Source: an uncultured Alphaproteobacteria bacterium (lineage in GTDB: Bacteria > Pseudomonadota > Alphaproteobacteria > Rhizobiales > Beijerinckiaceae). From it: a stretch of DNA of 64,000 nucleotides. Under the pieces are notes generated by a model. It was not told the origin of the DNA. It saw only the letters and a program-made list of their open reading frames with translations, and did no database searches. The position numbers and the translations under genes are program-made. The stretch is taken from positions 229,073 to 293,072 of the forward strand of contig CAVQVS010000013.1 in assembly GCA_963717215.1 (NCBI GenBank), written 5' to 3'. Within the stretch, counting starts at the first letter, position 1, and each line of letters opens with the position of its first letter. This document shows, one piece after another, positions 1 to 9,312 of the stretch.

Positions 1-1502
1 CGCGCGAGGCTTCCATGTGACGACTCTCGACGCTGCCGACGGCCCGGGCGGAAAGATGCGCGAGGTCGAGGCGGGCGCGCGCCTTATCGACGCCGGGCCG
101 ACTGTCCTTACGATGCCTTGGGTGTTCGAGCAGATCTTCGAAGACGCGGGAGCGTGCCTGTCAGAAACGGTCGCCTTGAATCGGACAATGCGGCTCGCGC
201 GCCATGCCTGGGGCGATGGCTCGCGCCTCGACCTTTATTCCGACGTCGATCAAAGCGCAGAGGCGATTGCCGAATTCGCGGGGGCGCGCGAGGCGGACGG
301 CTACCGTGGTTTTTGCAAACGCGCCGAGTTCGATCTATCGAACGCTGCGCGACAGTTTCATCTGCGGATCGAGACCCGGCCCCGTCGAACTCGCGACGCG
401 GGTCGGACTCTCGCGCCTTCCTGATCTCATGCGAATATCGCCGTTCACGACGCTCGCGCGGGCGCTCGAAGATCATTTCGCTGACCCGCGCCTGCGCCAG
501 TTGTTCGGGCGATACGCCACCTATTGCGGCTCGTCGCCGTTCCTCGCGCCGGCGACCCTCATGCTGGTTGCTCACGTCGAGCGCGAGGGCGTCTGGATCG
601 TTGAAGGCGGCATGGCGCGCCTCGCCGAGGCGCTGGGGGAGTTGGCGAGAGCTAGAGGCGCGGAACTCCGCTTTCGCCAGCGGGTCGCGCGGATCGTCGT
701 CGAGAACGGGCGCGCGGCAGGCGTGGAGACGGACGAGGGCGAACGGATAGCGGCGGACGCCGTCATCTGGAACGGGGACGCTGCCGCGCTCGCCGACGGG
801 AGCGCGGGGCCCCAAGCCGCGCGCGCCGTCGCCGCAACCCCGGCGGGCGAGCGGTCTCTCTCGGCCCTCACCTGGGCGATGACGGCTCGCACGGAAGGCT
901 TTCCGCTCGTGCGCCACAACGTCTTCTTTTCGCGCGACACCCGGTCCGAATTCGACGACATCTTCCGGGATTCTTGCCTTCCGAGTGGCCCGACCGTCTA
1001 CGTCTGCGCGCAGGATCGCGATCAGACGGCGGGCCCCATGGAGCCTGACGCCGAGGAGCGCCTCTTCTGCCTCGTCAACGCGCCAACGCGTCCAGCGGAC
1101 CGCCCTCTCACCGATGCGGAGATCACCTCATGCGAGGAAACATGCTTCCGAATGCTGGAGCGATCGGGCCTGAGGATCACGAAGAACCCCGGCTCGATTC
1201 GGCGAACCACGCCGGAGGATTTCGCCGCTCTCTATCCGTCGACTCGAGGCGCGCTTTATGGCCGGGCGACGCACGGCTGGCGAGCGTCGTTCGCGCGGGC
1301 AGGCTCGAAGACCCGGCTTCCGGGTCTTTATCTCGCGGGCGGCAGCGTCCATCCTGGGCCCGGCGCGCCGATGGCGGCGCTGTCGGGCCGCCAGGCGGCG
1401 ATGCGAGTGATGCTGGACCTTGCTTCGACCAGGAGGTCGTACCCGGCGGCTATGCCTGGTGGTACCTCGACGCCGTCAGCGACGATGGCCAGCATGGACT
1501 GA
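1..1502 (+). pseudogene. crtD: CrtD-like carotenoid desaturase (phytoene desaturase family), 5' end outside the window, reading frame broken once
   Basis: The N-terminal part is in ORF 17..424 (GPTVLTMPWVFEQIFEDAG...GYRGFCKRAE). It continues in ORF 204..1502 (SIYRTLRDSF...RISPFTTLARALEDHFADPRLRQLFGRYATYCGSSPF...GLYLAGGSVHPGPGAPMAALSGRQAA). The frame switch is at GAGTTC 326-331. The 3' end overlaps crtC as in crtDC operons. Confidence 0.8.
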
Positions 1503-2326
1503 CCGTCATCGCCTTCGTCGGCAGCGTCTTCTCACCCTACTACGCCTGGGCGGGACGGCGCGATCCGCTCGATCACTGCGCCTTCAATGTCGCGCTCTAC
1601 GGTCCGCGAGCCTCGCTGTGGTCGATGACCGAGCGGCGGCGATCCGCCGTGACGCGAAGCCGCGACACGCTCGCAATCGGGCCGACGACCGCAAGCTGGG
1701 AGCACGGCGCGCTGGTGCTCGACATCAACGAGCGCGCCGCGCCGATTCCCCGCCGTATTCATGGGCGGATCACTCTTCACCCGGAGGCGATCAACCCCTT
1801 CCCCTTCGTTCTGGAAGAACGCGGCCGGCACTGGTGGCGGCCTCTCGCGCCGCGCGCGCGCGTCACGGTCAAAATGAGCGCGCCGGCGCTTCGGTGGCAG
1901 GGGTCAGGCTACCTCGACCAGAACGCCGGGGCTGAGCCAATCGAGCAGGCGTTTTCGCAATGGACCTGGTCGCGCGCGGCGACCCGCGACGGGGCGGCGA
2001 TTGTCTATGACGCCGTTCGACGGCGAGAGCCGCCGCTCTCCCTCGCCCTCGCTTTCGACAGGAACGCGCATTTTGACGAGCGCCCTTCGCCGCCGCCAGC
2101 TCGCCTGCCTCGCACCCTCTGGGGTCTTGCCCGGACGACGCGCGCGGACCAGGGTCAAGCTTCCGCCGTCCGCGCCTTCGAGGACACACCGTTCTACTCA
2201 CGAAGCCTTGTCGCCCACATGTTGTTCGGCGAGGACGTCGAGTCGGTGCACGAAAGCCTCTCGCTCGATCGGTTCGCCAACCCACTCGTCCGCCTCATGC
2301 TCCCGTTTCGAATGCCGCGGCGGTAG
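1420..2326 (+). CDS. crtC: Carotenoid 1,2-hydratase (hydroxyneurosporene synthase)
   Basis: The frame of ORF 1130..2326 carries FDQEVVPGGYAWWYLDAVSDDGQHGLTVIAFVGSVFSPYYAW, typical of a CrtC N-terminus. There is no in-frame ATG/GTG/TTG close upstream. A TTG at 1420 is one frame off, so the start is unresolved. Confidence 0.8.
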
Positions 2327-2627
2327 CGACCAGGCGCGCAGCATTCGGGAAGACTCGTCATCACGAGGAGCGCAGTGACGCGCATCCAGACAACATGGGC
2401 GCCCCCCGTTCCTTGGATTGCTTCGCCATAGCCCGTCTGAAAGGACGGCGTCTTTCGACGCCCTATGGCTTCTCGCAACAACGATGACCTGAAGCGAGCC
2501 CTCGTTCAACACTCGATTAAGTTTGATCCATAAGCCACGCTCGGACGTTAGTGCGAGTGGACTTTCCGTGACGGGGGCGCGAGACATGCGGCCTAATCTC
2601 GGGAGAACGGAAATCGGAAGCCAAGAT

Positions 2628-3566
2628 GTGAAAAGCGGAACGACGCTTCTTCTCTCGCACCCCGCCTGTCTCGCACACGACATGGGCGAGGGCCATCCCG
2701 AGCGCCCCGACCGGGTGCGCGCGATCGAACGCGCGCTCGAGAGCGAGGCCTTTCAGATGCTGGCCCGCGACGAAGCCCCACGCGCCGACAATTCCTCGAT
2801 CGCCCGCGTCCATCCGCAGGATTACATCGAGGCGCTACGGGCTGCTGCGCCCGAGCATGGCCGCACCGCGCTCGATGCGGACACGTTGATGTCGCCGGGC
2901 ACATTCGAGGCCGCGCTGCGCGCCGCGGGCGGCGCCGTCTTCGCCATCGACGAGGTGATGGGCGGCAGGGCCCGCAACGCCTTCGTCTCGACCCGCCCGC
3001 CCGGCCATCACGCCGAGGTCGCGACCCCGATGGGGTTCTGCTTCTTCAACAACGCCGCCATCGCCGCGCGGCACGCGCAGAAAGCCCATGGCGCCGAGCG
3101 CGTTGCGATCATGGATTTCGACGTCCATCACGGCAACGGCACCCAGCACATCTTCTGGGACGATCCGACCGTGATGTACGCCTCGACCCATCAGATGCCG
3201 CATTATCCCGGCACCGGCGCGCTCAGTGAGCGTGGCGAGCACGACCAGATCGTCAACGCGCCCTTGCGCTCCGGCGACGGCGGCGAGGTCTTCCGGGAGG
3301 CGATGGAGAGCGCGATCCTGCCGCGCCTCGAGGCGTTCGCGCCCGATCTCGTGATCATCTCGGCCGGCTTCGACGCGCACCGGCGCGATCCGCTCGGCAG
3401 TCTGAACCTCGTTGAGGCCGACTTCGCATGGGCGACGCGGAAGCTCATGGGGGTCGCGCGTAGCCGTGCCCATGAGCGCGTCGTGTCGGTGCTCGAAGGC
3501 GGCTACGACCTCGAGGGGCTTTCGCGCTCGGTCGCCGCGCATGTGACGGCGCTGATGGAGGGGTGA
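2628..3566 (+). CDS. Histone deacetylase-family amidohydrolase (HDAC / acetoin-utilisation AcuC-like)
   Basis: Motifs LLLSHPACLAHDMGEGHPERPDR, RPPGHHA, DFDVHHGNGTQ and EGGYDL are present. The GTG at 2628 follows GGAAG; an alternative ATG lies at 2586. Confidence 0.85.
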   Translation: MKSGTTLLLSHPACLAHDMGEGHPERPDRVRAIERALESEAFQMLARDEAPRADNSSIARVHPQDYIEALRAAAPEHGRTALDADTLMSPGTFEAALRAAGGAVFAIDEVMGGRARNAFVSTRPPGHHAEVATPMGFCFFNNAAIAARHAQKAHGAERVAIMDFDVHHGNGTQHIFWDDPTVMYASTHQMPHYPGTGALSERGEHDQIVNAPLRSGDGGEVFREAMESAILPRLEAFAPDLVIISAGFDAHRRDPLGSLNLVEADFAWATRKLMGVARSRAHERVVSVLEGGYDLEGLSRSVAAHVTALMEG

Positions 3567-3657
3567 GAGGGCGATCCTCCCATCCCCGCATGAAACGAGG
3601 ACGAGAGGCGCGCCGAACGCCCAAGGCTGACGCGAACCCCCGCGCCAGCCTTCAGCG

Positions 3658-4245
3658 TCAAACAAGGCGCAAGGCGGAACGGCGGCGGCTTGCAAGAAGA
3701 GCCGTCCCCAGGAATCCCAAGCCCATCATCGCCCAGGTTGAAAGTTCCGGAACCGCAGTCGGCGAGTTCGCATCGATGTCGGTGTTGGGCGTCGTCTCAA
3801 ATCCGTAGAGTTCAAGATCGGGTCCGGCGAATTGCGCAAATCCATAATAGGTATCCGCCCCGACGGTATAGCGAAGGCCGAGGAAACTGTCGCCCGAGGA
3901 ATAAGGGATATCGGTCGCAGTCGAGAAAGACGCATAGGATCCGAACTGGTCCGGCCCGTAGAGTACGTCGCTGCCGCCGCGCATGTCCGTGAAGCTCGTG
4001 CTCGGCTCCACGGGAATGCCGAGGAACCCGCCAAAGCTCGTCACTTCGGCCGTGCCCGTCGTCGAAACGAACGTATCGGCGAAGTACCCGCTCGATGGGT
4101 AAGTGAGAGAAAACTGATCCGCGGCGTCCGGGCCGAATGTAAACGGTGTTGCCGACAGTGTTTCGGGTCCGTGGAGAACAACTGAGGCCGAAGCTGGAGC
4201 CGAAAGCAAGGTGCTGACGGCGAGAATACCAAGGAATTTCTGCAT
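3658..4245 (-). CDS. PEP-CTERM sorting-domain secreted protein
   Basis: Signal peptide MQKFLGILAVSTLLSAPASA. C-terminal VPELSTWAMMGLGFLGTALLASRRR (PEP-like motif, TM helix, basic tail). Confidence 0.75.
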   Translation of the reverse strand: MQKFLGILAVSTLLSAPASASVVLHGPETLSATPFTFGPDAADQFSLTYPSSGYFADTFVSTTGTAEVTSFGGFLGIPVEPSTSFTDMRGGSDVLYGPDQFGSYASFSTATDIPYSSGDSFLGLRYTVGADTYYGFAQFAGPDLELYGFETTPNTDIDANSPTAVPELSTWAMMGLGFLGTALLASRRRSALRLV

Positions 4246-4415
4246 GTGATGGCGCCTTCGCTCGTGTGTACACGCAGGCACTACGGGCGCAGGCGCTCCG
4301 GGATGCAGGGGAAGGAACACTTATTTGTGATCGGGCGGGGTCGCCTGCTTCCGCGTCCGAGCGGCTCGTTGGAGCGTGCGCTTCGAGCAGGCGATTATCG
4401 TAGATACATTAATTC

Positions 4416-4700
4416 GTGAAGATCGGAATTCGACTCGGCGAAGCGTGACAAAACGCTTGCGGAGCGCGGGCTCGATTTCGCGGATGCGCCGAAGGTGTTT
4501 CGCGCTCGGCACAAGATCGTACTGGATGATCGGAAAGACTATGGCGAGCCGCGCTTCAAGTCAGCCCATCGTGGATGGAAGCTCTCGAAGTCCACTTCAG
4601 GCCCTCCCATTTCGTGAAGACGCGCTAGCGTACGTTGTGCTTACGCTAAGAGTTCGAGGAACTTTCGACCAGAGCTTACGGAGTCATCCGTGCGCGAGGT
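4416..4700 (+). pseudogene. Decayed BrnT-like (DUF497) toxin gene
   Basis: GTG 4416 gives VKI. After a 1-nt slip at 4424-4426 the reading is FDSAKRDKTLAERGLDFADAPKVFRARHKIVLDDRKDYGEPRF. The remainder is spread over other frames. No intact antitoxin is visible. Confidence 0.45.
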
Positions 4701-5101
4701 GGGCGCTGTATTAGCGAAGCAAATGTTGATGCTTAGTGCAATCGCGGTGAGCATTTTCCTCACGCGACATGGAGGGTGCTGTTATTATGTTTGGCATGTT
4801 TTAAACACATCACTCATCAAAGCGGCATCATTTGTGTGAAATTAATCTTGCTCCACCCGCGCGAGCTAATGCATAGAGATATGCGGATCATCAGATCGAA
4901 TCTCTAGATCCTCAATTGCCATCTGGAATTGTTCGACTACATCTCTGCTTATTCGAATTCCGCGACCAGCCCTGATAAGCTCTTCTACCAATCTCAATAA
5001 CTTTGTTCTTGACAATTCATCCAAGTTTTTTCCTCCGTCTCTCAGGCGCTGCCTCATTCCCAGCCTTGGCTGAAATCGGAAGAGAATCCTTGCCCTCGCC
5101 T

Positions 5102-6397
5102 TTACTCCAACCTATCCGCCTTCCTCAGCGCCGGAAAAATCCCCGCCCACAGCAGCGTCACGAAAATCGCCCCGCAGCCGCCGAAAATCGCGGAGCCGAC
5201 CGGCCCCAGCAGGCGCGCCATGCCGCCGGATTCGAATTCGCCCAGTTCGTTGGAGGCGCCGATGAACAGGCTCGACACGGCGGAGACGCGGCCGCGCATG
5301 GGATCGGGGGTCACGATCTGCACGAGCGACTGGCGCACGAAGACGGAGACCATGTCGGCCGCCCCAAGGACGCCGAGCGCCGCGACGCTGAGCGCCATCG
5401 AGCGCGACAGGGCGAACACCAAAGTGGAGAGGCCGTAGATCCCGACGGCTGCGAACATTTTCAGCCCCACGCGCGACTTGAGCGGTCGCGCGGCCAACAC
5501 GAAGCCGGTGAGAATCGCGCCGGCCGACGGGGCGGCGCGCAGGAGGCCAAACCCTTCCGGCCCGACATGCAGGATGTCGCGCGCATAGACCGGCAGAAGG
5601 GCCGTCACGCCGCCGAGCAGAACCGCGAACAGGTCGAGGCTGATCGCGCCGAGCACGACCTTGGTGGTCCACACATAGTTCAGGCCCTCGGCGATCAGCG
5701 CCCAGCGCGAGGCGGTCGGACGCGGCTGGCGCGGCGGCGACTTGACCAGCATCAGCGACACGAGCGAGGCGAGGGCGAGAGCGCCCGAGACGACGAAAGC
5801 CGCGACGGGCGAAAACGCCACCAGAAGCCCGCCGATTGCCGGGCCGACGATGGTCGCCATCTGATTGCCGGCCGAATTGACGACGATCGCGCGCGGGATC
5901 AGCCGCCGCTCGACCAGCGTCGGCGCGAGCGCGGCGCTCGAGGGCGTATAGAAGGCCCGCGCGCAACCGAACAAAGCCGCGACCGCGTAGATCGGCCAGA
6001 GAAGGTTCAGCGCGCCATAGGCCATCGCGCTGAACAGGGCCGAGGTGCAAAGCTGGAGGCCAAGACCCGCCATCATGATCTTGCGCCGGTCATAAATGTC
6101 CGCGGCATGGCCGGCGAACAGGGTGAGCGCGAACATCGGCAGGAATTGAGCCAATCCCAGCATGCCGACCGCCAGCGACGCCTGGGCGACCGACCCGGTC
6201 TGGCGCGCGACCGCATAGACCTGCCACGCGAGCGCGATCGCCTGGACCTGCACGCTGAGGCGGTTGCAGATCGAGCCGATCCAGAACCGGACATAGGAGC
6301 GCGCCGCGAAAAGGTCGCGGAGAGTCGCCGGGTTCTGCAGGACGGCTTCGGCAGACGCGACGCCGGCGGGATTCGTGTCGGGAGGGGTGTTGGACAT
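5102..6397 (-). CDS. MFS transporter
   Basis: 431-aa multi-TM protein with MFS-like loops (FAGHAADIYDRRKIM). ATG 6397 is preceded by GAGGGAG. The antisense ORF 5003..6490 is a GC shadow. Confidence 0.85.
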   Translation of the reverse strand: MSNTPPDTNPAGVASAEAVLQNPATLRDLFAARSYVRFWIGSICNRLSVQVQAIALAWQVYAVARQTGSVAQASLAVGMLGLAQFLPMFALTLFAGHAADIYDRRKIMMAGLGLQLCTSALFSAMAYGALNLLWPIYAVAALFGCARAFYTPSSAALAPTLVERRLIPRAIVVNSAGNQMATIVGPAIGGLLVAFSPVAAFVVSGALALASLVSLMLVKSPPRQPRPTASRWALIAEGLNYVWTTKVVLGAISLDLFAVLLGGVTALLPVYARDILHVGPEGFGLLRAAPSAGAILTGFVLAARPLKSRVGLKMFAAVGIYGLSTLVFALSRSMALSVAALGVLGAADMVSVFVRQSLVQIVTPDPMRGRVSAVSSLFIGASNELGEFESGGMARLLGPVGSAIFGGCGAIFVTLLWAGIFPALRKADRLE

Positions 6398-6680
6398 GAA
6401 GGGCTCCCTCTTGGCCGTCGCCGGCGCGTGAGGCAAGCCTGCAAGTCCATGGGGCGCGAGGTTGCACGCGCTGCGCCCGTCCGACCGTGAGCGCTATGCT
6501 TCGCCGCAACGCCTCGCAGACGGCACTCTGGCCAGCAGAAATCAAGCGGCTAGACTTGGAAAAATCGGAAATCTATGCTATACCATTGGCGCTGGCGAAT
6601 TCGTCAGCTTGGCGCGCCAAACGAGGCGGACGCATGAGGCAAGCGCTCGGATACGTGGAAAATACAACCCGCAAGCTTGC

Positions 6681-6819
6681 GCAAGCGGAACGGCCGGATT
6701 TTTTTACTCCAAACGGCCGTAACCCATTGAAAAGGCTCGATTCGAAAAAATAAACGCTAGTAAACGCCAGCATTTTTACTGGCGTTTATTAGCATTTACT
6801 AGCGTTTATTGACGTTTAC
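6681..6819 (-). repeat. AT-rich ~140-bp element, copy A (decamer TAAACGC-type units plus hairpin), inverted relative to copy B
   Basis: The reverse complement of 39911-40050 aligns nearly base for base, e.g. ttactccaaacggccgtaaccc...ttcgaaaaaataaacgctagtaaacgccagcatttttact. It lies 58 nt 3' of ribBX. Confidence 0.85.
6761..6788 (-). terminator. Hairpin inside repeat copy A, candidate terminator for ribBX
   Basis: taaacgccag / ctggcgttta form a 10-bp stem with an 8-nt loop. On the minus strand a T-run follows after one more decamer. Confidence 0.4.
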
Positions 6820-6877
6820 TGGCTCCTGCGTTGCTCCCCCTGGTTGTATCCGAGATCCGCCCAGGGGTCGGGGCGGC

Positions 6878-8164
6878 CTAGTCGACCGGCTCGACAGCTG
6901 CGATCTCGATCCCAAAACCCGCAAGCCCAACATAGGTCCGTTGATTGTCGGTGCGCAGCCGGATCGAGGTGACGCCGAGGTCGCGCAGGATCTGGGCGCC
7001 GAGGCCGATCTCCCGCCATTGCGTCTCGCGCGCATCGTCGGAGCCGGTTGCGTGAGTGCCACCGAGGTTCGCGGGCACCCCCGCCGCGCCGTCGCGCAGG
7101 TAGACGAGGGCGCCGCGGCCTTCCGCCTTGAAGCGGTTCAGCACCTTGGGGATGGGCCCAGCGCCAAAAATGTCGCTCAGGATATCGGCGCGGTGGAGAC
7201 GCGCCGGCATGTTGCGGCCATCGCCAATCGTTCCATGGACGAAGGCGAAATGCAGGACGGGATCGAACGGCGTGCGATAGGCGTAGCCCTGAAGCTCGCC
7301 GATCGGCGTCATGATCGGAAAACAGGCGACCCGCTCGACCAGCTTCTCGCGCGCCTGCCGATAGGCGATGAGATCGGCGACCGAAATGCGCTTGATCTTG
7401 TGCTTGTCGGCGAAGGCCTCGATCTGGGGACCGACCATCACGGTGCCGTCGTCGTTGGCGAGTTCGCAGATCACGGCGACCGGCGGCAGGCCGGCGAGCT
7501 TGCACAGATCAACTGCGGCCTCGGTATGGCCGGAGCGCATGAGCACGCCGCCGTCCTTGGCGATGAGGGGAAAAATATGGCCCGGCCGGACGAAATCGCT
7601 CGCGCCCATGTTGCGATTGGCGAGCGCTCGCACCGTATTCGTGCGCTGCTCGGCCGAAATGCCTGTGGTCAATCCATGACGGACGTCAGCCGATACGGTG
7701 AAAGCGGTGCCGAGCGGCGCGTCGTTGGTGGCCACCATCGGCGTGAGGTTCAATCGCCGCGCATCGTCGCTGGTCAGCGGAACGCAGACGATGCCGCAGC
7801 AATTGCGGATGATGAAGGCCATCTTTTCAGTGGTGCAAAGCGAAGCGGCGACGATCAGGTCGCCCTCGTTCTCGCGATCGTCATCGTCGGTGACGGCGAC
7901 GATCTCGCCACGAGCGAAAGCCTCGATGGCGTCTGCGACAGGATTGAGCATGTCGAGTCCCTGAAGGGCCGGCGGGCCGCTAAGAAAATCGTTCGGCGTG
8001 ACGGCCCCGTGCGTCTCGGCGACGATCCGCTCGGCGGTTTCGCGGGAGAGCCACGAGCCATGTTCGCGGCAGATCAACGTGACCGCGCCCGGCGAAACGC
8101 CGATGCGCCGGGCGAAATCCGTTCGCGATATCTGGTTGCGCTTAAGCCAATCGCCAAGCTTCAT
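6878..8164 (-). CDS. ribB: RibBX-type protein: N-terminal Cro/YdaS-like HTH, 3,4-dihydroxy-2-butanone-4-phosphate synthase, and a Cys-less GTP-cyclohydrolase-II-like domain
   Basis: DHBPS motifs are present (VTDDDDRENEGDLI, RSGHTEAAVDLCKLAG). The C-terminal RibA-like domain lacks the zinc cysteines (LHRADILSDIFGAG). The first ~70 aa, MKLGDWLKRNQISRTDFARRIGVSPGAVTLI, read as an HTH and are in frame with no stop. Confidence 0.85.
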   Translation of the reverse strand: MKLGDWLKRNQISRTDFARRIGVSPGAVTLICREHGSWLSRETAERIVAETHGAVTPNDFLSGPPALQGLDMLNPVADAIEAFARGEIVAVTDDDDRENEGDLIVAASLCTTEKMAFIIRNCCGIVCVPLTSDDARRLNLTPMVATNDAPLGTAFTVSADVRHGLTTGISAEQRTNTVRALANRNMGASDFVRPGHIFPLIAKDGGVLMRSGHTEAAVDLCKLAGLPPVAVICELANDDGTVMVGPQIEAFADKHKIKRISVADLIAYRQAREKLVERVACFPIMTPIGELQGYAYRTPFDPVLHFAFVHGTIGDGRNMPARLHRADILSDIFGAGPIPKVLNRFKAEGRGALVYLRDGAAGVPANLGGTHATGSDDARETQWREIGLGAQILRDLGVTSIRLRTDNQRTYVGLAGFGIEIAAVEPVD

Positions 8165-8166
8165 GC

Positions 8167-8197
8167 GCACTAAATAGTGTCAGGGTCCATTTAGTGC
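8167..8197. promoter_or_regulatory. Perfect 9-bp inverted repeat GCACTAAAT-N13-ATTTAGTGC abutting the ribBX start
   Basis: Read directly from the sequence. The left arm overlaps GTG 8168-8170 and sits 2 nt from ATG 8162-8164. No Shine-Dalgarno sequence is visible. Confidence 0.4.
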
Positions 8198-8298
8198 AAC
8201 TCAAACCTAAACCGGCAGGAGTCGTCTTCAGTAAGGCAAGAGGTTCTTTCGCATGGCGGAACTGGCCATAAAGCTTGCAGTAGCGCCCGCGGCGAAGC

Positions 8299-9294
8299 CT
8301 AATCGACCCTAACCAGCATCTTGCCGAAGTTCCCACCCCGCAGCAGCTCGACCAGCGCCTGGGGCGCCTTTTCGAGACCGTCGTGGATCGTCTCGCGCCA
8401 GGTCAGTTTCTTGGCGGCGGCGAGAGAGGCCAGTTCGCCAATCGCCTTGGGCCACAGGTCCATGTGATCGGAGACGATGAAGCCCTCCATCTTGAAGCGC
8501 CTGACGAGGAAGATCCGCATGTCGGGCAAGGCGGTCACCGCCCCCTCGTAGGAGGCGATAAGACCGCACACCGCGACCCGCGAGAAATCATTGAGCTGTC
8601 GCAAAGCCTGCTGAAACGGTTCGCCCCCGACGTTCTCGAACAGGCCGTCGATCCCGTCCGGCAGCGCCGCCTTCATTTCTTCCGCGAAGTTCGGCGACTT
8701 GTGGTCGACGCAAACGTCGTAGCCGAGTTCCTTGACGGCGTAAGCGCATTTCTCCGTGCCCCCGGCGACGCCAACGGTCCGCGCGCCGGCGAGCTTAGCG
8801 AGCTGGCCGACCACCGAGCCGACCGCGCCGGTCGCCGCTGAAACCAGCACTGTCTCGCCCGCTTTCGGCGCGATGATCCTGTTCAGCCCGTACCAGGCGG
8901 TGACGCCCGGCATGCCGAGGGCGCCAAGATAGGCTTGGATCGGAACCGCCTTCGCGTCGACGACCCGGAGCATCGCGCCGTCGCTCAGCGAATAGCGCTG
9001 CCAGCCGCCCATGCCGACGACGGCGTCGCCCGGATGAAAGCGAGGATTGTTGGAGGCCTCGACGATTCCGACCGTGCCGCCGCCCATCACCGCGCCGACC
9101 TCCTGCGGCTTGGCGTAGGATTTCGCGTCGCTAAGTCGCCCGCGCATGTACGGATCGAGCGACAGAAAGGTATGGCGCACCAGCACTTCCCCCGGGCCCG
9201 GCGCGGGGATCGGCGTCTCGACAACGCGGAAGTTGGCGGGCGAGACCTTATCGGTCGGCCGGTGATCGAGCAGAACCTGAAGATTACCAGTCAA
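8299..9294 (-). CDS. NADP-dependent oxidoreductase, medium-chain reductase family (YncB/CurA-like alkenal/enone reductase)
   Basis: 331 aa with AATGAVGSVVGQLAKLAGA Rossmann motif and an N-terminal MDR fold signature. Confidence 0.85.
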   Translation of the reverse strand: MTGNLQVLLDHRPTDKVSPANFRVVETPIPAPGPGEVLVRHTFLSLDPYMRGRLSDAKSYAKPQEVGAVMGGGTVGIVEASNNPRFHPGDAVVGMGGWQRYSLSDGAMLRVVDAKAVPIQAYLGALGMPGVTAWYGLNRIIAPKAGETVLVSAATGAVGSVVGQLAKLAGARTVGVAGGTEKCAYAVKELGYDVCVDHKSPNFAEEMKAALPDGIDGLFENVGGEPFQQALRQLNDFSRVAVCGLIASYEGAVTALPDMRIFLVRRFKMEGFIVSDHMDLWPKAIGELASLAAAKKLTWRETIHDGLEKAPQALVELLRGGNFGKMLVRVD

Positions 9295-9312
9295 AGCGGC
9301 ATCCCATCGTGG

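Noticed and set aside
5003-6490. 495-aa plus-strand ORF rich in R, G, A, D and E
   Set aside because: It is exactly antisense to the MFS transporter, has a low-complexity composition and no recognisable motifs. This is a typical shadow ORF in high-GC DNA.
6751-6819. Decamer repeats considered as a possible CRISPR array or tandem-repeat locus
   Set aside because: The units are 10 bp with no spacers, and part of the array is inverted to form a hairpin. No cas genes are nearby. It is not a CRISPR array.
6809-8173. 454-aa plus-strand ORF
   Set aside because: It is antisense to ribBX and has no motifs. The minus strand carries the DHBP synthase signatures.
8171-8298. Possible FMN riboswitch in the ribBX leader
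   Set aside because: I could not find the conserved FMN-element core strings or a plausible multi-stem junction. Only the 9-bp inverted repeat stands out. A covariance-model scan (RF00050) would settle it.
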